Positions 52,677-64,000 of a stretch of 64,000 bases of DNA are shown here, piece after piece. The stretch is from the NCBI RefSeq assembly GCF_006345805.1, contig NC_043006.1, forward strand, positions 46,686,001-46,750,000. The letters run 5' to 3'. The notes under the pieces were generated by a model. The model searched no databases, was not told where the DNA came from, and saw only the letters and a list, made by a program, of their open reading frames with translations. The DNA comes from Octopus sinensis (taxonomy: Eukaryota). Numbering within the stretch: the stretch's first letter is position 1; each line of letters starts with the position of its first letter. The position numbers were made by a program, and so were the translations under genes.

Positions 52677-52966
52677 TTTGGAGAGGGTTTGTGCTAAGAG
52701 GCTATCAGCCCATTCACATATAAAATCTAATATGCTACAAAATCAATCAACAAACAGACTCTGACATGCAACAGAATGGACGAAAAATTAAAATACTGAT
52801 GTTAATTAGTTGAATGTAAATTTGATTAAGTGGTTTCTTTGGATTTCTATTATTAATCCCAGTATCTGTCTGTCTGTCTGTCTGTCCGTCCGTCCGTCTG
52901 TTTGTCTGTCTGTCTGTCTCTCTCTATATATATATATGCGTGTGTGTGTGTACATATATGTGTATT

Positions 52967-53022
<56 letters not shown>

Positions 53023-54181
53023 AGTTTGTATGTATATATATATATAAATATATATATATATACACACACACATATATATATTTATATACATATACATACA
53101 TATATATATGTGTGTGTATGTGTGTGTGTGTGTGCGTGTACCTGTGTATGTGTTGTACTGTGGAGTATGAGATGTATGTTGGGTAGTATATTCAGTCTCA
53201 CATATTATAAACCATGAATGTGTTTTCCTATTGATATTAGTAATACACTGCAAACATTTTCGTTCAAAGTCAATCGCATGCATTTAACGTTATTTATAAT
53301 TCTGCTCTACTAGAGTCTTTTATAGATTTCTCGACCTAGCTCCCAAAATAACCAATTCTATTTGTACATATTCATCAGTGTGCTGACTCTTGTAGTGTTT
53401 TCAAAAATAAAAAAAAAATAACATGCCACCCGTCGTCTGTCATCATATAGAGGTTTCATAAACTAAACATTTCAATGACTTATTTATGTCTGAAATCTAG
53501 CATTAATTCTGAAAGGCAGTTATATTTTATTTCGAGTTTCGTTCAAGTTTATCTTAGTAACTTAAATCCGCAATACGAAAATACCAAGTAACAGTATTAT
53601 GCTTACGAAAGGACAGAAATAGAACTGTATTTATATACAAACAACGATAAACTAAAGGGATACGAGAAAGATTGAGCTTTACTAAAATCATAAATCACTA
53701 ACGTAAACCAGTGATAAGATGTTATGAATTTCCACAAGAACAAGGCGATAATAAAATTAATAAAAGAAACACAGAAGGAAAAAAAATCAGTAATCCAAGA
53801 TGTAGAAAGCCTGTGAGATATTCTGCAAAAAAAAAATATGTTAGCAGATAGCACAATTTAAAAAAAATACAGTGAATGTTAATGAATATAAATGCGCTGC
53901 CATAGAGAAAGGAAACAGAAATATGAAAAATCGTACAATTGTTATGAAGCAATACTCGCAGCTGTATAATAACGTATAATAACGCTGTCGATTGCAAATA
54001 GAGAGAAAATACGCGGAATAGACTCCGCATTATCAGGTCTGCTGAAAGAGATAACGTTTTAATAATTCTTATTTTAATAGCCTTCAGTTCAAATGGACAG
54101 CTTTGGGGTTTTTAGAGGAAATAAATAACCAGAAGAAAATGGCATCGGCTATTGTGACATATGAGGATTGAAAGAAAGTTC

Positions 54182-54441
54182 AGAAAATATGGCAACATGT
54201 ACAATTAATTTCCTATTATTATATTTGTTGAAAATACCTTTAATGGCAGTATGCCATTCGGAATTGTGAAATAAAGCCTCCAGCCTGCTTTTAGAATGAA
54301 TGCACATCTGATAGGCAATGTTTTGTAACTCTGAAAATATTAGAATAGTGAACCTGTAGAATTTCAGGAAGGAATAGTTGAGTAGTGAACGAAAGAAAAT
54401 AAATTGTTGGAAACGCGTACAGCTTGAGCTTTTGCAATGAA
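54182..54441. repeat. 260-bp dispersed duplication, copy 2
   Basis: See 22299-22558. Confidence 0.95.
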
Positions 54442-55563
54442 AGAATATTTGACATCTTGTAATGTTAGTGCTTTTTCCTAAACACTTACCTTTGAGGTAA
54501 TTTTGTGATATCAGTCTCAGTTGATAAGAAAGTAATAGTCTTTATTTAGCTCATTTATTTATTTTCTATTTTTATGCAATTGAAACATGCTTAATTGTAG
54601 TTCTATTGCAATTGTGTCTCTTGGTTTCCCTGTATTGGTTGATGGCAAAATATTAGAGAACCATTTAAACGCTTGATTTACCACAAATAGTATAATACGA
54701 AGACACTATGTTATAACATTTTTACATAGTGTGTCACCCGGTTTATCATCAACATTTTGTCTCTAGCGAACGTTCTTCCTTAGTGCGCACAAGGAACTGG
54801 CCTCCAATCTGAGGAGCACTAAAAGTCCCTTTGTGTAGCTCTATTCTGCTCCAGACATTAATTGTGGTTTCTTTCTCTCACAGCCGTCACCAATAATAAA
54901 TCTTTTCTGATAATGTTCCCTTTTTTTGATGTATAAGCAAAAAAAAAAAAAAAAGAGAGGGAACAAGAAAGAAACAAACAAAAACAACAACACATCATAG
55001 GTGTATGATCCGAACTGGCTGAAACTTTAATAATTACAACTAATAACATGATATACTATTTTTTCTGGAATGTTTCAAAATATGGTAGTTTTATCTTAAG
55101 TAACATCTAGTGACAGATTTTCTTATTTCGTTTTCATATTCCTTTCAACAAAATCATTATACATGCATTTCGTATGTGATACTTGCTTGGCGTTTACAAT
55201 GATCAATGACGTGCTATTGAAACTGAAGCAATTCCACACGTTGCAATCGTGGAAACACATTGCAGCCTTTCAAGAGTATAACAGAAATTGATTCATTAAT
55301 TTTTCATTTATTTCTCAAGGTGTCAAAACCTTTGTTGCAGATCAAACGGGAATGAACTAATTATTCGTTGCGCTCAGTAACCTACATAGTTGAACACTCT
55401 AGTGAAGATTAATGATGTGTAGGAGTGTTCAGATTTTTTTTTCGTATAAGCAGTATATATTTACTAAACATCTTTCAGTGAAACTATTCATAAATGACAA
55501 CAGAGTTGCTGAGAGAAAACAACATAGGATTAGATTTTGTGTTGTTTTCCTGAACCGTGTGGA

Positions 55564-56550
55564 GGCGCGTGGCTTAGAGTTTAGGGTTTTGAGCTCATGG
55601 TCGTAAGGTTGTGGTTTCGATTCCTAGACCGAGCGACGCGTTGTGTTCTTGAGCAAAACACTTCATTTCACGTTGCTCCACTCAGCTGGCAAAAATGAGT
55701 AACGCTGCGATGGACTGGAGTCCCGTCCAGCTGGGGAACACATACACCATTGAAACCGGGAAACCGGGCCCAAAAGCCTGGCTAGGCTTTAAAAGGGCGC
55801 AAGTGGGGGCGCGTGGTTTAGTGGTTAAGGTGCCAGCACCATGACCGTAAGATTGTGGTTTCGATTCCTGGACCGGGTGACGCGTTGTGTTCTTGAGCAA
55901 AACACTTCATTTCACGTTGCTCCAGTCCACTCACCTGGCAAAAATGAGTGACGCTGGGGAACACATACGCCCAGCTGGGGAACACATACGCCATTGAAAC
56001 CGGGATACCTGGCCCAAGAGCCTGGCTAGGCTTTAAAAGGGCGCAAGTGGGGGCGCGTGGTTTAGTGGTTAAGGTGTCAGCACCATGATCGGAAGATTGT
56101 GGTTTCGATTCCTGGACCGGGCGACGCGTTGTGTTCTTGAGCAAAACACTTCATTTCACGTTTCTCCAGTCCACTCACCTGGCAAAAATGAGTGACGCTG
56201 GGGAACACATACGCCCAGCTGGGGAACACATACGCCATTGAAACCGGGATACCTGGCCCAAGAGCCTGGCTAGGCTTTAAAAGGGCGCAAGTGGGGGCGC
56301 GTGGTTTAGTGGTTAAGGTGTCAGCACCATGATCGGAAGATTGTGGTTTCGATTCCTGGACCGGGCGACGCGTTGTGTTCTTGAGCAAAACACTTCATTT
56401 CACGTTTCTCCAGTCCACTCACCTGGCAAAAATGAGTGACGCTGCGACGGACTGGCGTCCCGCCCAGCTGGGGAGCACATACGCCATAGAAACCGGAAAA
56501 CCGGGCCCATGAGCCTCTCTAGGCTTTAAAAGGGCGCATTTATTTATTTT
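55564..56550 (+). mobile_element. Four head-to-tail family C SINEs (period 244) within one target-site duplication
   Basis: Heads ggcgcgtgg at 55564, 55808, 56052 and 56296. tttcctgaaccgtg occurs at 55546-59 and 56553-66. Confidence 0.92.
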
Positions 56551-57584
56551 TATTTCCTGAACCGTGGTAATTCACTTCCTAAATTAGCAAAATAACCGTT
56601 AACTACACACATGCCGCGTTAACCATCACCACAGGAAGCACTTTTTTCTATGGTGATTTTCTATGGTATTATTCATAGCTATGTAGACTAGGTCGAGAGA
56701 AAGTATATTTCATCAACGGTATGGCAATGAATTCGTTCACATTAACATTAAAACTAGCAGTAAAACTTTCTATCAGTTCCACAATCTACAACGGCAAGAT
56801 TTTATAGTCTTTTCATAATTGTAGATTTTTCGATAGAATCTCTGAAAAATATGTTACTCAGCAGATTACAACTTTTATATACTAATCTTAACTTGGAAAC
56901 GTGAAGCTACGCAATTAGGAAGAACATAGGAGAGAATGGAGAATGAATCAGGAACAGAATTGTCTATTCCAAGATTTGAATGATTTTGATTCAATAAAGG
57001 TAGTTGAGAGAAAAATCTTCAGCAACGCACATCATTTCGACAGATGAGATACGCCAATAACTTATAGCTTGATTGAAAAACCGATAACCTAGATCTTTAG
57101 TTAAATAGGTGCCTAACCACAGCGCCGGTTTAATTAAATTACACAACAGATAAATCAGTATCTATTACAGTATTTCAGATTTATAGTCGCGATCTTCGTG
57201 GAATGATGTATCTTTTACCACATATATAGTTTTTGTTAAATATCTTCAGATTTCTTTTTAGCCCTTCCCATCACTGAATATCTGCACTAATGGAAGCTGA
57301 GGGAGGATAGCGTTAAAAGAAGACAAAAATAAACAAGAACAAAACTACGGAAATAAATAAGAAAGAAAGGCAGAAAGAAAGGTATTTAATTTAGTAATAT
57401 TATAAATATTTAAGCAATAAAAAATCCCATTAGCTGTTATATATATTTTAATAGGCTCTATTAAATCGTATGAGAAGAATGAGGCAGCTTCCAATACAAT
57501 GTATTTATATATTACTCTAAAGACACATTCACTCAAGCTTGCATTCACCTGAATAGCTAGCATAATCAAAAACATTATCAGTCC

Positions 57585-57710
57585 CGTTATTATTATTATT
57601 ATTAGTCGTCGTCGTAGTAGTAGTATTAGTAGTAGTAATAGTAGTAGTAGTAGCAGCAGCAGCAGTTGTAGTAGTAGTAGTAGTTCTTGTTCTTGTTGCT
57701 GTCGTAGTAT
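57585..57710. repeat. (TTA)/(TAG)/(CAG) compound microsatellite
   Basis: Directly visible. Confidence 0.9.
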
Positions 57711-58724
57711 GCAGCACTATTATTATAATTGCGTACTTTCACTGCATTAAAGAACGCAGCTTTGTGGCCCCACCGTATATGCTGTTTTATTTATTTCTAT
57801 TCTATTGACAATAATCTATTTAAGATCTATGCAGTATCTAGTATTGCTATTTTCTGATGCTATGCTTATTTGTAAACCCTTAGTGACTTCGTTATGGTCA
57901 TGGCCGAATATTCTAAAATTGTCTGCAAGAATACAGTTGCACTTTTTATTGCAGCTCCTATTCTTTGAGGTCTTTAAGTTGATATTTCCCAAATTACTTC
58001 TGGCTATCACAATTTTCGGATCTTTTGAACTGATACTTTGATAAAGAGACACAGTGTACCCTGGTTGCTTTTGGTAACAATATCTTCGTATATCATTCTT
58101 AGCAAGATCGTGGTTTAAAGTAGCATATCCTTAACTGTGTGTCCCTTAACCCAAAATATACTTCAGTTATTTAGTATATAGTCCATCGTTGTGAGCCTAT
58201 TTGCTGCTTTCAGATGAACTGGCTTTAATATCGTATCTCAATAAATATCCTCTAGTTTCAATTTTCAGTATCGCACATCTCAAATCATTTTGATTAAGAC
58301 GTGGATAATATCGAGAGTAATAAAAGGTGGGTAATTATTTTTTGAAGGAACTAGCATAGTTCACTTAAACGTGCACAAGTTGTTAGAGAAAAGCTGTTTC
58401 TATCGAAAGGTATAACTCAACATAGTCTCCAACAAAAGTGATGCATCTGCTGCATCGAAGAATCCATTTCGAAGAAAAATAAATCACAAACGTTTGCGCG
58501 TCGTTGTACTCATTTCTTCACAACTAATTTCTTCAAATCTGCGTCATTAATGTATAATACTTTGGACGGAATTGGGGAAAATCTGAATAGTTGAATAGTT
58601 TAAATTTTCCGTTTATCTGATCTGGATTCAAAGACACATGTGGTCACGGAATGTCATAATGGATCTGGACAATTTTCAGTTTACTTTCGGACTAATCTGT
58701 CGACATTTTAAGTTTTAATGTTTC

Positions 58725-59068
58725 GTTTGCCGCTACGCTCTGAGTTCAAATTCCGCCGAGGTCGACTTTGACTTTCATCCTTTCGCCGTCGATTAAGTAA
58801 GTACTAGTTACGCACTGGGGTCGATATAATCGACTTAATCTGTTTGTCTGTCCTTGTTTGTCTCCTCTATGTTTAATGTCTTCTGGGTAATAAAGAAATA
58901 GGTATTTCGTCTATCGTTACGTTCTGAGTTCAAAGCCGAAGTCGACTTTGCCTGTCATCCTTTCGGGGTCCATAAATTCAGTACCAGTTGTGTCCTGGGA
59001 CCGATCTAATCGACTGGCTCCCTCCCCCCAAATTTCGGCCCTTGTGCCTTGAGTAGAAAAGAATATCC
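58725..59068 (+). mobile_element. Family B SINE dimer, 5'-clipped, with terminal tail
   Basis: Two gagttcaaa modules separated by the ...gtctgtccttgtttg...aataaagaaataggtatttcgtc spacer, ending cccaaatttcggcccttgtgccttgagtagaaaag. Confidence 0.8.
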
Positions 59069-61000
59069 ACCTGGAAACTGGTGGCCCCCAATCAAAGTCA
59101 ACAGTGTAGTATATTTTGGTACGCCTTATAGTCTATGAAGCCGTTATCTACGTTCTTTCTTATGCGATCTATGGATATTATGCTACAGATACACAGCAGA
59201 TAAGCAAGGCCCCTTGATTAATTTCTCTGATCCATTTGCTTTTCTCTTTCTCTCTTCTCCAAAAAGCTAATTAATTAATCTACTATGAGAGCAGTTACCC
59301 GTTTAACTGTCATTATTGACCGATGAAATAAGTACCAGTTAGCTACTGAGTTCGTTGTAATCGACTTGCCTACCTACACTCGACTTTCAAGTCTTGCGCA
59401 TGTAGTAGATACGTTATTAATTTAATTATTGCCGTTGTTGTTGCTGCTATTGTCGTTATGTTGAAGATTACAGATTTGTTCGAGATAACTTGGCGTAAAT
59501 TTGAATTTTCGAATGGCCATTTCGTGATGGATATGATTTTCTTTAATCTTGATAAAAAAGAGAGTTCCAAAAATCTTGGCGTCTGCTGCTTTGCGTGAGG
59601 TGGAAGACGCTTTTTATTGTAGTCATTTGTAATATTTTTCCGAAAGAAAATAAATGTTGTTTACTAGAAATTTCATATGACTTATTTTTGCAGAGCAGAA
59701 ATAGATGTTATCAGCAAACGAGGTTAAAACAGTTACACCTCATGTAAAAAAGAGCAAAATAAAAATAAAATGAAAATAATGACACTGCGATTTCCCACAA
59801 AAAAATCTGTAGAAAGAGGTAACTTAATATAAAATAAAATAAACATCATGAAAATTAATATATTTTAGGAAGCAGACACAACAATTGTTTGCACTTTATC
59901 AAATAAAAAAGAATTGGATAAATTTGAATGTCTCAAAATAAAGATACTTATAGCACTGTTAATCTGAGTTTGTTGTTTTATGTTGGTCGTCTACCAGAAA
60001 TGTACTTCGCTTTAGGGAGGTATGTTACAAAGAAACATTATCCCTTATTTGAGGCATACTCAAAAAAGATGCTACTGTAAGGACCTGGAGTGAGTTACTT
60101 TTTAAATCTAATTGGGGTTCTATACGCTCTCAAAGGTAACAACATACGAATTTGTAAACCTGGTGCAGATTTTCATGGCATAGGTTCCTATACTTATAAC
60201 AACCACTTTCCGCATTTATAGGGTTTCATAGACATGCCAAGGGCCAAATTTCCTCAACACAGTAGATTTCGGCTTTATTAACTAGAGTCCAGCGTTTGCG
60301 GAAATAATTCTGCCTCGCCATCTGCCTCAGGAATCAGGCAGTGGCAGTTATATGATTTAGCATCGTCGTTCCAACAACTAAAATAAATCACAGCTTTTGT
60401 CAAGAGTTCCTTTGGGGATATATCTACATGCTTTCTGCTTGCGTACAAGGAAGGTGGTGTCAGAATGTAAAGCAATTCGATTAATGATGCAGAACAGAAA
60501 GTTGTATGTATGTATGTATGTATGTATGTATGTATGTATGTATGTATGTATGTATGTATATCTATGTGAGTTTGTCTGTATGTCGTTATTCAGTTTTATT
60601 TCAAAATTTCTGATCAATAGAGAAAGAGCTATAATTTACACTTCTCTGCGGGCATACCGGTTGTAGTCAGCTCTATGACAAAGACATCATAACTATGATC
60701 CAATGCATGTTAGATGGCTTCATACTCTTATATGATCTCACAGAAATGATAAAAAATATTTCTTAACATTTATCCAAAGTTTGAACTAAAAATTGTACTA
60801 TTAAATTCATTATTAGTAGTAATTACAAAACATATACTCAAATATATAATATTTTCATGCTTAGGAATATGCCTCTGATTTGTCCTTGCTTTTTAAGTGA
60901 AAGCTAAGATTCATTTAAGAAGCATAGTCTGTACGCGTGTGTGTCTATATTATCATCGATGTGTATTGGTGAAATATATATCCCGAGGAAGCCAAAAATA

Positions 61001-61195
61001 TACGAGGAGGTCCTGCAAAATTTCCTGGCTTTAGGTAAAACAAAATACAAGAAGATCATTAAATTACGACTGAACTGAATATATTCCCCTCTCAGACTTA
61101 AACACATATTGCAACCAGTTTTCAGATTTCTAAACCCGGTGAAAAGAATTTGGAAGGTTGGGCCTCCATCCAGGCCATTCAAGGTACCCTTAAAA
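61001..61195 (-). mobile_element. Mariner transposon 3' end with terminal inverted repeat
   Basis: TA followed by cgaggaggtcctgcaaaatttcctggc (TIR-like). The minus frame GLDGGPTFQILFTGFRNLKTGCNMCLSLRGEYIQ matches the mariner C-terminal 'L..RW.KC....G.YVE' motif. Confidence 0.75.
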
Positions 61196-63714
61196 TCAAG
61201 AACTCTTCAATACCCACTCGTAATGCTTTAATGATCGATATCGCCTGTCTCATATTAGACAAAAACTTAGAAATTTAAGAAACAACGATAGTTACGCTGC
61301 ATACTTGTGACCTATAAAATTACCTCTCACAAATTACTATACAGAAGAAATAAATAGAATATTGTACGGAAGTTGTTCACACATGTTTCAACTATATTGG
61401 CATCTGATTAAACAGACATATCTGTATTGGAGTATATTTATTTTGATACGTACAGTAATCTTGGAGTAAATGACACAGATAGAAACGGATAAGTATATAC
61501 TTGAATCCATACAAAAACTAAAAAGAAAAGAAAAAATGATTAGCATTTCATTTATCTATTCTGATCGGACAAACGAAATACTGCGTTTGCTAAGTTGGCA
61601 AAATACAAAAAGCTGACTCATCAGAATAATCGTTAAGATGTATCTAAATCTCACTGTAGTAGAGACCATATATCGAAGAAGCTGAGTTTAAGGTGAAACA
61701 TCGACTGTCAGTTTAGATAAAAATTTGCAACAGCGTATAGGAACATTGAAGAGGTGCGATCAATAATTCTATAAAGATATCCCGGTAGAGAATTAACCCT
61801 ATTTCTGTTTAGGATAGCAATTCGGCAATTGATTATAATGCAAGTAGGGAGGTAAAAACTTTTATCCAATATATAACAGTTACATAATTTTCTGGTTTTT
61901 CTTTTGCAAAATCCAATATAAATTAATGCCGGTAAAAATGGTTTCCGAGTAAAATGGTTTGATCACGACATCAGTCGATATCCATTGATTAAAAATATCG
62001 ATTAATGAATTTAGAAGGATACATAGAGATTAGGTAAAGGAAATTATTCATATTCTTTTGTTCAATATATGAAGAGGGAGACGACGTAGGCGTATATTAA
62101 TATAGTAGATGTTGAAGTTAATGAAAAAAGACTCTCAACTACTAGATGCTAAAAACGAACATGGCCACAAAAGTAATGGAGACTGTGATTATATAACGAG
62201 GTACAAATATTTGTTTGCGTTACACACTCGCTAGTTAACAGATCACGTGGAGCAATCGAGTCCACACTGCATTACGAAAACCAGTCTTCATCTATGGTGT
62301 ACGCTGGAATGATAGGATTAATAATTGTCTGTGTAATCTAGTGCTAGAATAGGGGTGGGGTGATTGGCAGGTATGTGGTAGGTGACAGATTTGGGAAATC
62401 TTTTGTTAGTACAAAGTAGAACTGACATAACTGTCAGATTAACTTAGCGGTCGTGGTGGAACAATAGTGAATCTCGATGAATATTTTAGATGATTATATA
62501 GGTGCGTGTGGGTGAGAGAGTGTGTATGTGCGCGTGTGTGTGCATACACACACATATATATATATATGTGTGTGTGTGTGTGTATGCATACATGACACAT
62601 ATATGTATGCATAACTGTAAATATAAATATCTGTAAGATTAACTATAAAAGAGGCGAAGAGATGGAGAGAGCAAATGAAGACAGAGTGAGGGGTTGAATG
62701 TACATTTCTCTCTCTCTCTCTCTCTCTCAAAAAAAAAAAAAACAAAACAAGGTTGCTAATTCAGAAGGAGAAAAATATAAATACACCAATCTATGGAGAG
62801 TAAGAGACAAACAGAGAGAAGGAAAGAGAAGGAGAGAGAAAGAGGGGGAGAGGGAGAGAGCGAGAGAGAGCGATTAAGACAGTATCAGCTTGCAGAAATT
62901 TCTGATAGTTTGCAAAGATATTCCTGTTATGGTTACTGTTGTAACTGAATACGGATGATATTAGTGAAAATTTACAAACTTTGCCATCCTTCGTTTTCAA
63001 TTTTGCGTAGCTTTTTCACACAGTAAATAAATATATTACTTTTCGTTTATTTCTTTACTTTTTTTGACAAACAAAAAACATTATCTCAATATTTCTTTAT
63101 GTCAGCATATTTGTAACTTTTTGTGAAGAAATGTTTTCCATGTGATGCAACTTTTGTTACAATGAAGCTGTCGAGAGTATTTTATCGGAATGTACAAATC
63201 AAATATACAATATTGTTAGGACCAACAGTGCATCGGCAAATGTCTCAGTATACAAATCATAATATATTTGCTATAAGACAAGAAATATTAATAAACCATA
63301 ATTACAGGGTCATTGATGAAAAAATATAATTATATAAATAATTAATTCTATCACAAGAAGACAAGGGAACCTACAGTAATTAATCAAGAATAATTAAATA
63401 TAATCTGATCTTTTGCAAATAATGTCGATCTTAATATCACAGAAAATGCAATTGATTTATAGATATTGTTTAAAATTTTGGCACATGACCATCACATTTA
63501 GGAAGAATGTGCGAGTCGATTAGATCGTAGCCACTATTTAATTCACAATTATTCCGTGTTTACTGAAATGATGAAAGGCAAAGCCTACTTCGGCCGAATT
63601 TGAACTAAAAAGAATAAAGAAACGGAAGAAATGTCAGTAAGCGTTATGTCCGAAGTGCTAATGGTTCCGCCAGCTCCCGCTTTCGATTGTTTTATAGCAA
63701 TAATTTCTTCTACA

Positions 63715-63915
63715 AGAACAAGGCCTGGAATTTTCGGGGGCAGGAGCCAGTTGACTTGGTCCCCACTTGTGCTTCACTTGTACGTATTTTATCGACTCGA
63801 AAATGATGAACGGTACAGTCAATCTTGGTGGAATTTGAATTCAGAATGTAAAGAGACTAAGGACAACAGAACGCTTTTGTTCGATGTGCACTAACGATTC
63901 TGCCTGCTCACCTTC
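63715..63915 (-). mobile_element. Degenerate family B SINE
   Basis: ttttatcgactcgaaaatgatgaacgg..cttggtggaatttgaattcagaatg...ctgcctgctcacc. Confidence 0.7.
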
Positions 63916-64000
63916 AATTGATTCATAAATAGTTCTACTGTAGGCAAAAATCCTGATATTTTGAAGGACTTGCTAGTGGACTTCATCGACCCCAGTGCTT

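Noticed and set aside
55564-56550. Regularly spaced repeats resembling a CRISPR array (also 133-1002)
   Set aside because: Units are 180-244 bp whole-SINE copies with no unique spacers and no cas genes, in a eukaryotic context.

Overview
AT-rich, repeat-dense eukaryotic DNA. The SINE families and microsatellite density suggest a cephalopod (Octopus-like) genome; this is inference, not a database match. I can support no protein-coding gene, tRNA, rRNA or CRISPR array. The long ORFs in the track are mostly translated microsatellites. The window holds three tRNA-headed SINE families, including modular multimers and a 4-copy array inside a single target-site duplication. It also holds decayed Penelope-like (PLE) reverse-transcriptase remnants, a CR1/L2-type and an RTE LINE 3' end, two Tc1/mariner remnants, local duplications and at least seven inverted-repeat/fold-back structures. 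The strongest signal is a 547-bp near-palindrome (2624-3170). Each arm carries a complete type I hammerhead ribozyme, and the two point outward from the central loop. Four more hammerhead-like motifs in different states of decay lie at 33607-33706, 41079-41126, 43820-43854 and 49334-49371. Together these suggest a PLE/retrozyme-like self-cleaving RNA system, judged by eye only: no folding or search was run.
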